In this document: piece after piece, positions 1 through 24,352 of the stretch
Layout of the letters: every line of letters starts with the position of its first letter
How positions within the stretch are numbered: position 1 is the first letter of the stretch
Source of the DNA: the human T2T-CHM13v2.0 reference genome, Homo sapiens
Reading direction: 5' to 3' (one strand)
NCBI RefSeq assembly: GCF_009914755.1
Contig: NC_060940.1
DNA: 64,000 nucleotides
Notes under the pieces: model-generated
What the model was told of the DNA's origin: nothing
The model's database searches: none
The model's input: the letters and a program-made list of their open reading frames with translations, nothing else
Position numbers and translations under genes: made by a program

Positions 1-1325
<1,325 letters not shown>

Positions 1326-1549
1326 TCACCGTGTTTGATGTCAGTTTTCCCTGCCAGAATCTACAATCTCCTTGATCACCATTATATCACAACGTAGAGC
1401 TCAGTACCTAGTACAAAGCACATTTGATCAATACTTGCTGAATAAAGAAATAAAAATGAAGAGGCACTCCAGCCTGGGCAACAGAGTGAGATGGTCTCAA
1501 AAAAAAAAAAAACAGGACTGGAAAGGAGATGAGGGTACTTGTGAAGCCA

Positions 1550-1760
1550 TATTATATGACACGCTCTGTGCTAGGACTTTTATATACCTTGTCTCATCTC
1601 TTCATCTCATATAATCCTTACAAGTATCTCAAAAGTGGGGAAATCCCCATATAACTGAAGAGGAAAGCAGTTCAGAAGTTCACTGATTTGCCCTAAGGTT
1701 CCTCAATTTGCAAACATCAGGCCAATGATCCAACCCCAGGTATATTTGGCAGTGAAGGAC
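1550..1760 (-). mobile_element. MIR
   Basis: Reverse MIR core-like sequence (actgaagaggaaagc...tgatttgccctaaggt). Confidence 0.55.
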
Positions 1761-2079
1761 CAGTTGAGTCACAGCTTCAAGTAACCACTCTGCAGTGGTC
1801 CCTATCTTGGCTGTTAGCTTACATTGACATTTAACACTCAAATTTACTCAGTAACACCAGCTATCATGTTTTCCACTAAAACTGCACAGCATTCTGGCAA
1901 CTTTTCTATTTTAGAGCAATAAAGTAAATTGTTAGCATCCCTTTGACATATAAATATTTATACAAATAGTAATTCTCTAGCCATTCATTTGGAGTATTTA
2001 AAACTCAATATTCATAGCGCATTTTACGTGACAAAGAACTTAGGTTCAGAACACAAAAATAAGTCTTATGTCTTCATTA

Positions 2080-2757
2080 AAAATGGGTGAAGAATTTGAA
2101 CAAACATTTGCAAACTAAAATACAAATGAAATACACTCAGCATCATTAATCAAGAAAATGTAAATAAAATTATGAGATAATCACTAATAATCACTACATA
2201 TGCACCACAGTGATTAAAATTTTTTTAAGTTAAGCTACGTGACCCAACAAGGTGCATTCACTCGAGAGAAACACAAATATACGTCCACTCAAAGACTTGC
2301 ACATGAATGTTGAGAGCAGGTTTATACTGAATAGCGCAATGTGAAAAAACCCCAAAATCTAGCAAAGGATGAAGGGAGAAATAAACTGTGGTATATACAT
2401 ACAATAGAACTCTACTCAATAATAAAAAGGATTGTATTCCTGATACATGCAATATGGGTGAACCTTAAAAATATCATGTTGAGCAAGAGAAGCCAAACAC
2501 AAGAGAACATGTTGTTATGATTTCACGTACATGAAACTTTAGTAAAGACAAGTCTAATCCATAGTGACAGAAAGCAAATCAGTAACTGCTGACAGGGGCA
2601 AATGAGGAGATGATCCCAAGGGAACCTTCTGGGGTAAGACGGTGTTCTGTATCTCGATCGTATTGGTGGTCACACAAGTGAAGACATGTTAGAACTCATC
2701 AAACCATACACTTAGAATGTGTAATATAAACCTCAATAAAGCAAAATTTAAAAAAAG
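2080..2757 (+). mobile_element. Old L1M 3' end
   Basis: ataaactgtggtatatacatacaatagaa...agaagccaaacac, AATAAA and A-tail. Confidence 0.75.
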
Positions 2758-2767
2758 AACACCTTTA

Positions 2768-2944
<177 letters not shown>

Positions 2945-3615
2945 TCAACATAAAACAGGCTGTTGATATGTTTGCAGATATATAGCAAGTCTTAAGTCCA
3001 AGACTGCAATATAGTTTGGCTACTTCAGATTGATTGCAGTAGTTTTATCTATTACACTATACCCTTACATCATTTATCTTCTACTCACAAGAGGCAAGCA
3101 CACAGTAAGAGAAAGCCTTTTGTTTTGAAGGGAAATCTTCTTCAGAATATTAAGTCTAATTTATCAGTATACTTAATAAAGCACATTACAAAAAAAAAAG
3201 TCACAGCACATTTACTATAAAGCAGACTGCAGAAAAACATTACAACTAATGCTTTATAATGAAGTTCTCGAAGATCATCATTCATTCAGAAGCCCCCATC
3301 TCTGGTTGAACTTTACCCCATTTAGGATGAAGAGGAGAGATCTTTGTTTGCAGCAAATCTAAAATTTACGTAATCCGCCTAAAGGAACTGTCTTTACATA
3401 CACCACCTCCCACCCCGAAATTAGAAGGAAAAAACTGAGCAATTTGCCATCCTTGAGATTATCTCAGGTTCTTCCATCTGCCCCATGTACTTCTCAAATG
3501 AAAAACTGCCTGAAAACAGCATGTTAGATTTCTGGATCTACTAGCTTGCCCAGCTACAAATCCTATTTCAAAAAACTCAAAAAATAAGGTCTTTGTTCTA
3601 CAGTAATGACCATTA

Positions 3616-3825
<210 letters not shown>

Positions 3826-4184
3826 TTACTGCCAATTAATAAAAATTACAATTCATAACCACTCAAAGAATAAAGCAATTGATAAGATGCTATCAAACTG
3901 ACATCCAAAGTTAGGGGGCAGTAAGAGGAGCAGCCTGCTCTATAATAAAATGATATTAGCAAGTCAAGACATTTGCTTTTGGGGATTTTTACATTTTATT
4001 TCATTTCAACCTCAGTTTATGTTGGCAAGCAGCATTCATATATCATATGACTTCTACAACTAAAATGAAGCTATTAGCACTAGTATTTAGTAATCTAGTA
4101 ACTCTCCTTCCAGCCCTCTTCACCCCATGTATGTTTATCACATGATATACACAATGTACATTTACCTCCGTAAGAGTAAACTTA

Positions 4185-4373
<189 letters not shown>

Positions 4374-4566
4374 TTATTATAAATTTTGATTTATGTTTGG
4401 CATTATTAAAAACTAATCACCAATGAACAGCTCCTTTAATATTTAAGGCAGTTAAACACTATAAGCATTACTGAGAGCTATATAAAAATCATACTTCATA
4501 CAAAATTACTGTACCTCAGACCCCTAAAAAGCAGTTGCCTTCAAAGGCCAAAAATCAGTAAGTCGA

Positions 4567-4860
4567 GGCCAGGCGTGGTGGCTCACGCCTGTAATCCCAG
4601 CACTTTGGGAGGCCAAGGTGGGTGGATCACGAGGTCAGGAGTTCAAGACCAGCCTGGCCAAGATGGTGAAACCCCGTCTCTACTAAAAATACAAAAAATT
4701 ACCTGGGCACGGTGGCAGACACCTGTAATCCCAGCTACTCAGGAGGCTGAGGCAGGAGAATCACTTGAACTCAGAGGGCAGAGGCTGCAGTGAGCCGAGA
4801 TTGCGCCACTGCACTCCAGCCTGGGCAACAGAGTGAAACTCTGTCTCAACAAAAAAGAAA
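4567..4860 (+). mobile_element. AluS
   Basis: Full dimeric Alu consensus. Confidence 0.95.
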
Positions 4861-5291
4861 ATCGGTAAGTCAATCTACTATTTAAGGGGACAAATCTAGA
4901 CCTGCATTAGCAAATCTTGCTCAATCCAGAATACTCATTAAACTTTTTAATAACATTTTATAAAGTGTTCTATTTGTGATAAATTAATGAGCCACATCAA
5001 GATGAAAATCAAGAAAAATATTTAGCTGAAACACTACTTTGTCCTTTATCAAACAAAATGGCTAGATAAATCTCAAAGTATTAAGGTGGTCATTTTTTTT
5101 ATTTGACTTAATTTTAAGTGCTTTTCATTTCCCAAATCAAACATAAATAGGGCAGCCCTAAATTTGTTGCTTCACATGGGATTCTGCCCCCCCAAAAATG
5201 TAAAATAACTTCCAGATTTTCCAGTAAAATATACTAAGCCAAACATTTTGAGCAACTTGTCCACTAAAATAACTTTAAAACTATTTTCTCA

Positions 5292-5588
<297 letters not shown>

Positions 5589-8273
5589 TTAGTACTCAAA
5601 TTGGAGTGGCAAACCAGAAAGTCACAGCTACAGACTTTCAGTGGAGCTGACTCGCCCGTGTCTCCTTCCTGTTTTCATGTGTTGCAGCCTGTTCTCTTCA
5701 GATCCTAACACACTGACAGTAGACCTCTGCAGGACAACTTTGACACCCAGTTCTCTCCAAGCTGCCAGTGAGCTCCCTGTGCAGCCTCACTCCTCACCTA
5801 CAGCATGAGCCCTTGCAGCTCTCCCAGCATCACAATCTTGTATCTCAGTCCTGGCTTCTTTCACTGCTGGCATCCCTCCGTCTCTCCCTTTTTCACCTAC
5901 TTCTCTTTTTTCAAAGACTTCTTCTCTTTCATCTGCTTATATGAAAAATAATGACACCTCTGAAATTCTTTCCTGTAGTCCTGCAGCATCAATGCCAGGA
6001 AGACAGGCCTCATCCTCCCAGCTTCTATGCTGCTCCTTTCAGATCCCTTACCCTGTCCCCATTTTCATGACACGGGCTCTCCAGCCAGGACGAAGACACT
6101 GTTTCTCACTCTCTCTCTTTTCCATCTTTGCCTGTCCCTCTCGCTGTGTAACTTCCCTTATAAATCAGCCTGAGGCCAGTGCTAGAAAGGCACATCACCT
6201 GACTTATTCTGTGCCTGATTCTACCTAGATCCGTGCAACCACTGGCTTCTCAGGGGGACCCTTGAGTACTGGGCACTGATGAACTGCTGCCAACACATCC
6301 ATCATTTCTGCCATTAAAAGGTCCTAAGTCCTCTCCAGGTGGCAGGTTCCCCAAGTCCCCACTATGCTCTATAATGCCCTATGCTTTCAGCTAATGACTC
6401 AGTCCTCAGAAAAACAAACAAATAAACAAAAAAAGTAGGCTTTAATTTCCTCTACCCCTACCCCCAATCCACCATACACTGCCAAAATTCTGTCTATACC
6501 AACTTTGACTGCTTTCCTTGAGGCAGAGAAAAGGTAAGGGCCAGTTAATCTATCAATGTTCTTTCTCCTGTTTCTTCAACCTCTGCTTTCTAGTGGCTCC
6601 TTCCCCTTGGCCAAAAGAACATAATCTCTCCAACATTTAAAATAAACATCTCATATTTCCCTCCAGCAACAGCTTCCTATCCTCGACTTCAAGAAAAACT
6701 CACTGACCAAATAACTTACCTCAAGCTTTTCATTTTCAAATGTCTCTACCACTCAATAGTATTCAATCTAGCTTCTTCTGTCTCTCTACAAAACTCTTTT
6801 TCCTTATAATCCCTAGAGCATCTGACAAGGCTGACTACTCCCATCTGGATGTCCTATATCTAGGACACTTCCCTTCTCAATGTCCCTGTATTTTTTTGAA
6901 TGGCCTCCTCTTCTATTCTTTCACAAAAATGCTAAACTAGGATTCTGACCCAGGCCTGCCTTTCTCTTCACTCACTATTCTTCAGAGGCTTCTCTCTGGT
7001 TTGGTTGCTTACAAAGGCTCTAGAGTATAGAGACTGAAAAGGAAAGAGGGCCTTTTCTGTGTACTAATGATCTGCAAATCTCTCAAGCTTAGACTTTCTC
7101 CTTAGTTCCAAATCCAATTCTTAACAGCTTACCCAACAATCTCATCTGCACATTTCATTACAAATCTTAAAACATGGCTTGTTCTCTGTGTGCTCCTACT
7201 CCAGTTAATAGCATTGTTTCTCTTCCCTCTACCATTGCCCCCATAAATTAATGGTCTCCATGCTTCCATACTTGCCCCCCACCTCCAGTCTCTTCACCAT
7301 AGCAGAATGAACCACCAAGTCAGATCACAACACATCTCTGTTCAAATCCCACCTGAAATTTTCAGTCTTACTAGAATAACAGCCAAAGTTCTTTTCTCAG
7401 TTCCCAGCTACTTCTCTGCCCTTATATCCTACTGTTTAAGGCACTCCTAAACACAGAGGCCTCCCAGCTATTTCCAGAATACTCCAAGCCCACCATTCTC
7501 ACATCAGGTCTAGGGCCAAAGGGCATCCTGATGGGCATGCCTTGACCTTGTGTCTTCCCTCCCAAGAAGGTCAGCTTTACCTAACTGCTTTCCTTATGGC
7601 ACAGAAAAGGTGAGTGAGGTTCAATTAATCCTTCTATCAATATTCTTTATCTAATCTTTGCTTTAAAAGGTTGGAATTTGTGTCTGTTTTATGTGCTGCC
7701 TGGGTCATAGTACATGCTCAGTGAAGCAATTACACATTAACCCATTTAGCAGTAGAAGGCAAGGGTATCAGACAAAGTCTAATGACCTTTATCTTCCCAG
7801 CCAAGTGTCTGCAGCAGAGTGAGTGCTCAGTTTTGAATTACAGAATAAAAGCACAGAGGAATGAAAAGAAAGTTTAATTTACAGATGTTCACAAACTGTC
7901 CTCATTAGAATAAATGTTTTTGATATATTCAGACCTCATTTAGAAACAAAGCCATCAAACATGATTCTTTCTAAAGCAGTACAAATTTTTCTTTATATTC
8001 ACTCTGGCATAATCTTCAAACTGTATTAAGGTTTTAGAACAACAGGTTCTGAAAATTAATACCAAATGACTATCTCAGCAGTGTTTTCCCATTACACAAA
8101 TACCTTCCCTCACCTCTGACGTCAGTTTCCTGTTGTCATTTTCATAATGGCAGTAAGTTAGATATACAACCATTTTGTATTACTACATATGACCAATTTT
8201 AATATTTTCTTGCCATAGGAAAAACATCATAGTTATTGGAAATTTGTTTTATAACTGGAAAAAGTAAGCCTTA

Positions 8274-8510
<237 letters not shown>

Positions 8511-8522
8511 TCAGATCAGTTA

Positions 8523-9477
<955 letters not shown>

Positions 9478-10287
9478 TAAAACAGTGAGTCGACTATGGT
9501 GGGGGGAGGTTTGATGTCTTCCTCACAACTATGAAACTAAATTTAAAAGTGGTTAAATGTTTTTAAAAAAATGTAAGACAGTATAAAAGAACTAGTGGAA
9601 AATATTGATAAGTAGCTGATGTCAGTGTGTGGAAAGGCTTTGTAGAAGGATAAAATCCAAGAAAAGATGCACAAGTAACAGATCTAGATGCATAATGCTG
9701 AAATACAACATTAAACATTAAAAACAAATTATAAATCAAGAAATTGGATAGCATCAACAATCTTAGTATTTCATAAAATTTCACAGATTAACACAGGAAA
9801 AATTGAGAGGCCACGAAGACATGATCCATGTTTTAAAAAATCACAAAAGGTCACTATATGGGGCAACTTCTACTATTAGTCATTAATAAATATAGAAATG
9901 TAAAGTACAATAACTATTTTTGCTGACGGTGGTGGCAGCATTCTTGTTTCTCAGTGACTCTCAGTATCCACAAAGATGAAGGGAAGGGGGTACTCTATTA
10001 TTAAGGGTATAAACTGCAGCCACCTTTTCTGTAGAGTAGCTTAGCAATAGAATATATCATAAGACTTATGGTTTGGCAGCCTTTCTTCTAGTAAATCAGT
10101 TTATGAGAATGGATTCCAAGAAAGTAATCAGAAATATAAGCAAAGATATTAAGTGCTACGGTACATTTAGTAAAAAAAAATATCAGAAACAACCTTAATG
10201 CCCAACAGTAAGAAATATTAAATTATGGTACACTCATAAATACAAATCTTTATTAAAAATAACACTGTAGAATATTTAACATGGCAA

Positions 10288-10586
10288 TTTTTTTTTTTTT
10301 TTTGGAGACAGAGTTTCGCTCTTGTTGCCCAGGCTGGAGGGCAGTGGCACAACCTGGGCTCACAGCAACCTCCGCCTCCCAGGTTCAACCAATTCTCCTG
10401 GCTCAGCCTCCCAAGTAGCTGGGATTACACGTATGTGCCACCACACCTCACTAATATTTTTTGTATTTTTAGTAGAGACAGGGTTTCACCATGTTAGGCT
10501 AGTCTCAAACTCCTGACCTCAGGTGATCCACCTGCCTCAGCCTCCCAAAGTGCTGGGAATACAGATGTAAGCCACCGAACCCAGCC
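10288..10586 (-). mobile_element. AluS inside old L1M sequence
   Basis: TSD taacatggcaa at 10277-10287 and 10587-10597. Confidence 0.92.
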
Positions 10587-11244
10587 TAACATGGCAAATT
10601 TTTTTTTTAATATTGAGTGGGAAAAACAGATCATAAAACCATGTGCCTATGTACGCTGCTGTTTTGGTGAAGAGTGGAGAAAACGACATGAAAGAAAAAA
10701 GAATTACAAAGCATATGGATATGGAAATACAGAACTACAAAAGGACACACAACAGAAGTTACTACAAAGATATGGAAGTATGAGCAGTTCTTTTATTTTC
10801 CTAAATTCGCAAGATTTCATTAAACTAACATAAATGGACACAGAATATTATGGTACAAGCTCCTCTACCTGGAGGAAGCAATGAGTCTGAATGTAGAGTT
10901 CACAGGACTAATGAGCAAATACTCTGACAATAAAGGGTAATTTGTATCAGACTCTGAGGGGGAAGGAGCTCAACTAGGGATCAAGTTCAAAAGCATTTAT
11001 AAAATAACTGACAGGTCTTGTTTTACAGTGTGATTTGCCACTAATTCTTCAGTAAGAAAGGCACTCAAGTATTGCTGCTAACTAAAGAACAAACTGAAGA
11101 CGCCTCCTGGTGAAGTGATTTATAGCAAGCTTCAATGCTGAAAGCAAACAAAGCTGTTTTAAGATTTGGCTACAATGTCAGTGAGTAATACACAGAACTT
11201 AAACATAAAGTAATTCTATCACCCATTTCCTTCCCTCCAACCTA

Positions 11245-11412
<168 letters not shown>

Positions 11413-11875
11413 TCAGAAAAATTAGTCACCCAATACCATTAAAACATAAATCCCTATAAAATTTACAACTGATCAGTCTGTGCCTGCTTAAAGCCAAATG
11501 TATTTAACAATTATTTTCACAATTTTCACATTATTTAGCTCAGAATTCTTTAAAATGTTACATATAAAATAGCCACAAAGGGTGACTAACAGAACCTTAG
11601 CAGCACATGGATGTTTGCACCCCCACCCCAAAGTTACCCAAACATTCAACCTGTGACCTCTGTAGGAACAACACATGGAGTAAAAAGAAAGCAAAAATTA
11701 AATATAAATAAACAGGAATTAAGGAATGATTAACTTCATGTGTTTGAATACTGCTTGACATTACCTGAATTGCTAAACATTTTGTTATTTTTGGATTCCA
11801 GTTATTTATTGTGAGCCCACTTTCAAGCCAGGAATTACTCAAGCATTTGTCATACGTTATAAAAACAATTTCTCC

Positions 11876-12151
11876 TGGCCAAGTGCAGTAGCTCATGCCT
11901 GTAATCCCAGCACTTTGGAAGGCCGAGGTGGGCAGATCACTTGTGGTCAGGAGTTCGAGACCAGCCTGGCCAACATGGTGAAACCCTGTCTCTACTAAAA
12001 ATATAAAACTTAGCCAAGTATGGTGGCGGGTGCCTGTAATCCCAGGGACTGAGGCAAGAAGAGGCTTGAACCTGAGAGGCAGAGGTTACAGTGAGCCGAG
12101 ATCGCACAACTGCACTCCAGCCTGGGCGACAAAGTGAAACTGTGTCTCAAA

Positions 12152-12181
<30 letters not shown>
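11876..12181 (+). mobile_element. AluS with (TAAA)n tail
   Basis: Alu consensus. Confidence 0.92.
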
Positions 12182-12186
<5 letters not shown>

Positions 12187-12263
12187 CCCATAAACAAATT
12201 TTCAGAACTACCTTTAAAGTTCTAAACTTTGCACGTAAGAAATATAGTTTTAACGTGTTCTAA

Positions 12264-12618
<355 letters not shown>

Positions 12619-12785
12619 TATTTTAACTTCTAACACTGTAACTCTGGCAGTTGTTGCTTTTACAAAATACAGGATCAAAACCTCTGAAAATGAATCCAAG
12701 CTTTAACTTATTTTATCCATAGATTAAATCATACCAAAGGAATTAAACCATGCTTTTCTTATTAACAGACTTAAAATGAATTTCA

Positions 12786-12989
<204 letters not shown>

Positions 12990-13025
12990 TCAGGACTGGT
13001 TCAATTTGTAGGTAAGGATGTCTCA

Positions 13026-13358
<333 letters not shown>

Positions 13359-13640
13359 TTAAAAATCTTAAAAGTTCCTAGAATAAGTGTGAGTTTTTTA
13401 TGACCAATTCACATTTATCAAGTATCCTCTGTCTACCCATCATTTAAAAATAAAAAATCCCAACATGAAAGATCTTTCATTTTAGGGGAAAGAAATATAT
13501 ATTTTTTCCACACAACTCCCTAAGTTTTGGGGAAAAAAAAACATATTTCCAATGCAATTATTCAATGAAAGCTTATTCTAACAAACATACCTGAAAATTA
13601 TTGACTTTTTTCAAAAAAATCATATACTCTCAAATCTTTA

Positions 13641-14120
<480 letters not shown>

Positions 14121-14463
14121 TTAGGGTAAATGGCTTATGCCAGTCAGGAATGAAACTCACTCAATTCAACTAAGCATGTCTAGAATATCTCCACCCCCAC
14201 CCCATTCCCCAAAGTGTTAATGACATCACATCAGTTAACTGTTAACCACATTTCATTACTCAATTTCAAAGCCCATTTTTGTTTCTACAGATGCTATCTT
14301 CAAAGCAATTTTCCTATTGATGAAAACTAAAATAACCCATATGAGAAGAATGTTACTTGATACTCTGCCACCCCCAAACATATTTTCTCTTCAAAACTGC
14401 ATGTAAAGTCAAAAGAATCTTAAAATTATGTTTCCCAGATAAAAGAGTCAAAGAAATGCCTTA

Positions 14464-14646
<183 letters not shown>

Positions 14647-14776
14647 TTAAAAGGTTAGCACATACTGTAAGTGGATTATTTACTTATTAACTCACTGGAG
14701 GTAAAAATATAGTAAAATTGAGACTTTCAAATGGATACAGAGATGTGATTACAACTTTAGATCCTTTTTTTATTCA

Positions 14777-14880
14777 CCTCAGATGGGTAATGTGCTGACA
14801 TCATAAGAGGATTTGAGGGAGGCATATCAAACATGTGAAAATAAAAACCCAATCATTATGCTTATGTATTACAAAAGGAT
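14777..14880 (-). pseudogene. U13 (SNORD13) snoRNA retrocopy in intron 18
   Basis: Minus strand ATCCTTTTGTAATACATAAGCATAATGATTGGG...GCACATTACCCATCTGA resembles recalled U13; A-rich tail and degenerate TSD; box C degenerate (ATAATGA), box D CTGA intact. Confidence 0.85.
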
Positions 14881-15033
14881 CAAGTTTAGGCTCTTAAAGC
14901 TCCCAAATCAACTTGATCAAAAACAATAAAAGATTACTGTTTAGTTTTTCAAATATCTGAGCTACTAAGAAACATATTTTGGCACTACATGAGTTATTCT
15001 ATACTAATTATTGTGAGCCTATAAAGCTCATTA

Positions 15034-15509
<476 letters not shown>

Positions 15510-15815
15510 TTAAAAGACAGTTACTTTCAGCTGGCCAAAAGAAATTATATCCCAGTTTGTCATAATTATCTGAATCCATTCATTCATTCAACAAAGAGTG
15601 AGTGCCTACTATAGACTAGGCACTACTCTTGTCCAGAATTCTCACTGACTGTCACATTTGTTAAAATGATACATTCAACAAAACCCACGTAATGTAACTG
15701 ATGGGTCATCACACAAAACTTTTTCTGAGAGAAAATGTAAAAGTATATGCAAACTATAAACATTCACGTAAGCTTAAAAATGTGACAATCACTTCAAAAC
15801 ATTTTTCTAATACTA

Positions 15816-16157
<342 letters not shown>

Positions 16158-16307
16158 CTAGTCTTCTTACATTGGTCTTCTCTTGGTTTTTCAAACATCT
16201 CAAACAATAAAAAATAAAAATAAAAAAATGAAACTATAGAAATTACTGTCAAAATTGTTGTGTGCCTTTTAAGAAAACCTCCCAACGCAGCATGATAATA
16301 GCAAAGA

Positions 16308-16520
16308 GGCCGGGTGTGGTGGCTTACCTGAGGTCAGGAGTTCAAGACCAGCCTGGCCAACAACATGGTGAAACACCATCTCTACTAAAAATACAAAAAT
16401 TAGCTGGGTGTGGTGGCGGGCACCTGTAATCACGGCTACTTGGGAGGCTGAGGCAGGAGAATTGCTTGAACCTAGGAGGCAGAGGTTGCAGTGAGCAAAA
16501 CTCCGTCTCAAAAAAAAAAG
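16308..16520 (+). mobile_element. AluS with two internal deletions
   Basis: Alu consensus lacking parts of both arms. Confidence 0.9.
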
Positions 16521-16792
16521 CAAAGAATATTAAAAATCTATATATATTCTTCTATGAAACACTGGGGGGTGGGGGAGTAAGGTTTTTCATGTATTTCTTT
16601 TCAGAAAGAATAAGAAAGCCTAGATTAAATAATAAAACCAAATTATAAGGTGTTTGACAATAAAGAAGCTGCTCTACCTCACCTCTATAATCCACATTTT
16701 TAAAAATTTTTTGTAATCCACATTTCTTATTCTCAAATTATAAAGGCAAATTAACAAAGTTAGGAATAGTTAATACTATATAATATCTGTTA

Positions 16793-17017
<225 letters not shown>

Positions 17018-17045
17018 TTAAATCAACATACATCTTTAAAATCTA

Positions 17046-17297
<252 letters not shown>

Positions 17298-17369
17298 TTA
17301 TCCTTCAAAATAGGGGTATCTGGACATTTTTAAATTAAAATTACAGATTGCAAGGGATCTAGTACACTA

Positions 17370-18284
<915 letters not shown>

Positions 18285-18710
18285 TCTAAACAAAGCCCTC
18301 TGTATGTGCCTTTTGCGGAAGTAGACTGTATTTCCTCAATTTTCCATATACTGCAAATGGCAAGGTGCCCTGTTCAATAAGGAAACAAAGGCACACCCTG
18401 CCACTCTACACCTTTTCCATCCATCTTTTTCCTTTACACTGCCAAGACACTCCATTCCACCTGACTGCCCCATCCCCACCCACTTTCTCCTTATTTCTAG
18501 AGTACAGGACATAAACATCTCTGAATCTGTAAATAATGTGAATTCCTCAAAAATCAAGCTTTCGTGTTCGAAGAAGAATTTATTGTGACTTCAAACATAA
18601 GCTGTAACTGGTAATAAGCGAAGCAGCTATGGAATTATACAAGGCAATCCAATCAAACAACCCAGAGCACATGTAAGCGCAAACATCAAGTTTTACCTTT
18701 TTCCTCCTAA

Positions 18711-19505
<795 letters not shown>

Positions 19506-19538
19506 GCCTTTTTTTTTTTTTCCCCCTAAAAGAAAGAC

Positions 19539-20333
<795 letters not shown>

Positions 20334-20718
20334 CTAACTTCAGTAGACAGAAAGAAAAAAGTACCAGGGGAAGAAGAAAGAGACCGCATTTTAAAACAAC
20401 TACACAAATTTGAGCTGTAAGAAACACTGACATTTTCTATAAGCATGCTAGAGCAAATAGGAGAAATTCATAAGACATTTTCTAGAAAATAAAACTAATA
20501 TAAAAAAACTTATCAAGATTTGTCAAGGAAAAAGAAGAAGAAAAGTTAAATATAATGCCAAGAAAACATTCCTACCAAATTTATTTATCCAGGCATGTCT
20601 TAAATATGGCTGTTTGTTACACACAGTGATTCTGCAGACATCTTGACATGACAGTGAAATACATAAATATGTAATGAGAAAAGGCTTAACTGTGGATAAA
20701 ACAAAGTCATTACAATTA

Positions 20719-21066
<348 letters not shown>

Positions 21067-21476
21067 TCACTATCTGTATTAGTGCTGATGATACAAATAA
21101 ATTTAAGATCGATCAATTCACTGTCCGTAGCACTTAATATTTTAACTTTTTAAAAACCAGTCAGAAAACTGACACAGATCAGTATGCTATTTCAAGTCTA
21201 TAAAGTTTTATCACAAATACAGAGTACTATAAATGAAAACTGTCAATATGAAATTTCCGAAATGGCCGTTTTTTTTTTTTTTTTAAATAATCAACATCAG
21301 AAGACATATGCAAACAGCAGTTTAAGACTGGGTTTCTTAAATCTACCAGGAAAGTCTGTGGTGGATTTGACTAGGGGGTGGTTGAAAAGCCAGTCATTTT
21401 TGTTTACAAAATATACAGTACTTCTTAATTTATAACGTTATAAATGTGTCAACTTGTTTTACCCTTATGAAAATTT

Positions 21477-21505
21477 AAATTTATAATAAATTTATAATAA
21501 ATTTA
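21477..21505. repeat. AT-rich 11-mer tandem repeat (aaatttataat)x~2.5
   Basis: Direct reading. Confidence 0.7.
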
Positions 21506-21693
21506 ATAACAGCAAAAGATGCATAGTCTGAAAAGAGTATCTGGCACATCATTCATGAAAGTATTCAGTATGATTCTCAAGAAATACAAACTTAAAAGAA
21601 CAAATACAATCACTATATTCTAAATCAAACATTTCACATTTCACTCAATTTCACTTATACAGCCTGGTAAGCAACATTAGGTCCAACTCTTCA

Positions 21694-21837
<144 letters not shown>

Positions 21838-21884
21838 CTAAAAGAATAAAATTTTTAAAAAATGAGCTTCTCCAATTACAAAAA

Positions 21885-22345
21885 GACATGGAGAAACCTT
21901 AAATGCACACTGATAAGTGAAAGAAGCCAATTGAAAAGGCTACATACTATATGACTCCAACTACATGGCATTCTGGAAAAGGCAAAACGACGGAGACAGT
22001 AAAAAGATCAGGGGTTGCCATGGGCTTAAGATGGAGGGAGGGAGGAGTGGGGAGAGGGAACGAGGAAGGAGTGGGTGGAACATAAAAGATTTTTAGGGAA
22101 GTGAAACTATCCTGTATGATACTGGTAATAGGGGATACATGTCATTACACATGTTAAAGTCCATAGAATACATAACACAAAGTAAACTATAAAATTAGTT
22201 AATAATAATATATCCATATTCGCTCCTTTGTAATAAATGTACCACACTAACACAATATGTTAATGAGGGGGAAACTGTTGGGATGAAGAAGGTATATGGG
22301 AACTCATTGTTTTCTGCTCAATTTTCTGTATATCTAAAAAATAGT
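21885..22345 (+). mobile_element. L1MB/L1MC-type 3' end
   Basis: aagtgaaagaagccaa...cattctggaaaaggcaaaac...aaaagatcaggggttgcca. Confidence 0.8.
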
Positions 22346-22727
22346 CTTTTAATTTAGAAAAATATATCTAAGCTATATTTTAAGGCCTTAATACTGTGAC
22401 ATTAAAGTGTTTAGACACCTAAATAGGACACACGTATTTTACAGTTATCATGGGCATTTTTTCACATTAGTAAAAAGAGGTGTAATTCTGGCAGAAATGC
22501 TCAGCAGAATGTCATCTAGAATTTGCTTTAAAATACTCCAGTTGGAGATGAAAGGATAGCAAAGAGGCCTAGATGAAACCAGATGGGCCATTTGTTTCTA
22601 ATTATAGAAACTGAGTGTTAAATATGTACAAATTTATTATACTATGCTCCCTATTTTTATGTGCTTCAGAATGTCCATAATAAAAGTGAGGGGAGGATAT
22701 TTATGGTTAAGAAATTAAAGGAGGCCA

Positions 22728-24352
<1,625 letters not shown>

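Noticed and set aside
5941-6228. 95-aa plus-strand ORF in intron 25
   Set aside because: Pyrimidine-rich degraded-repeat-like sequence; no recognisable homology
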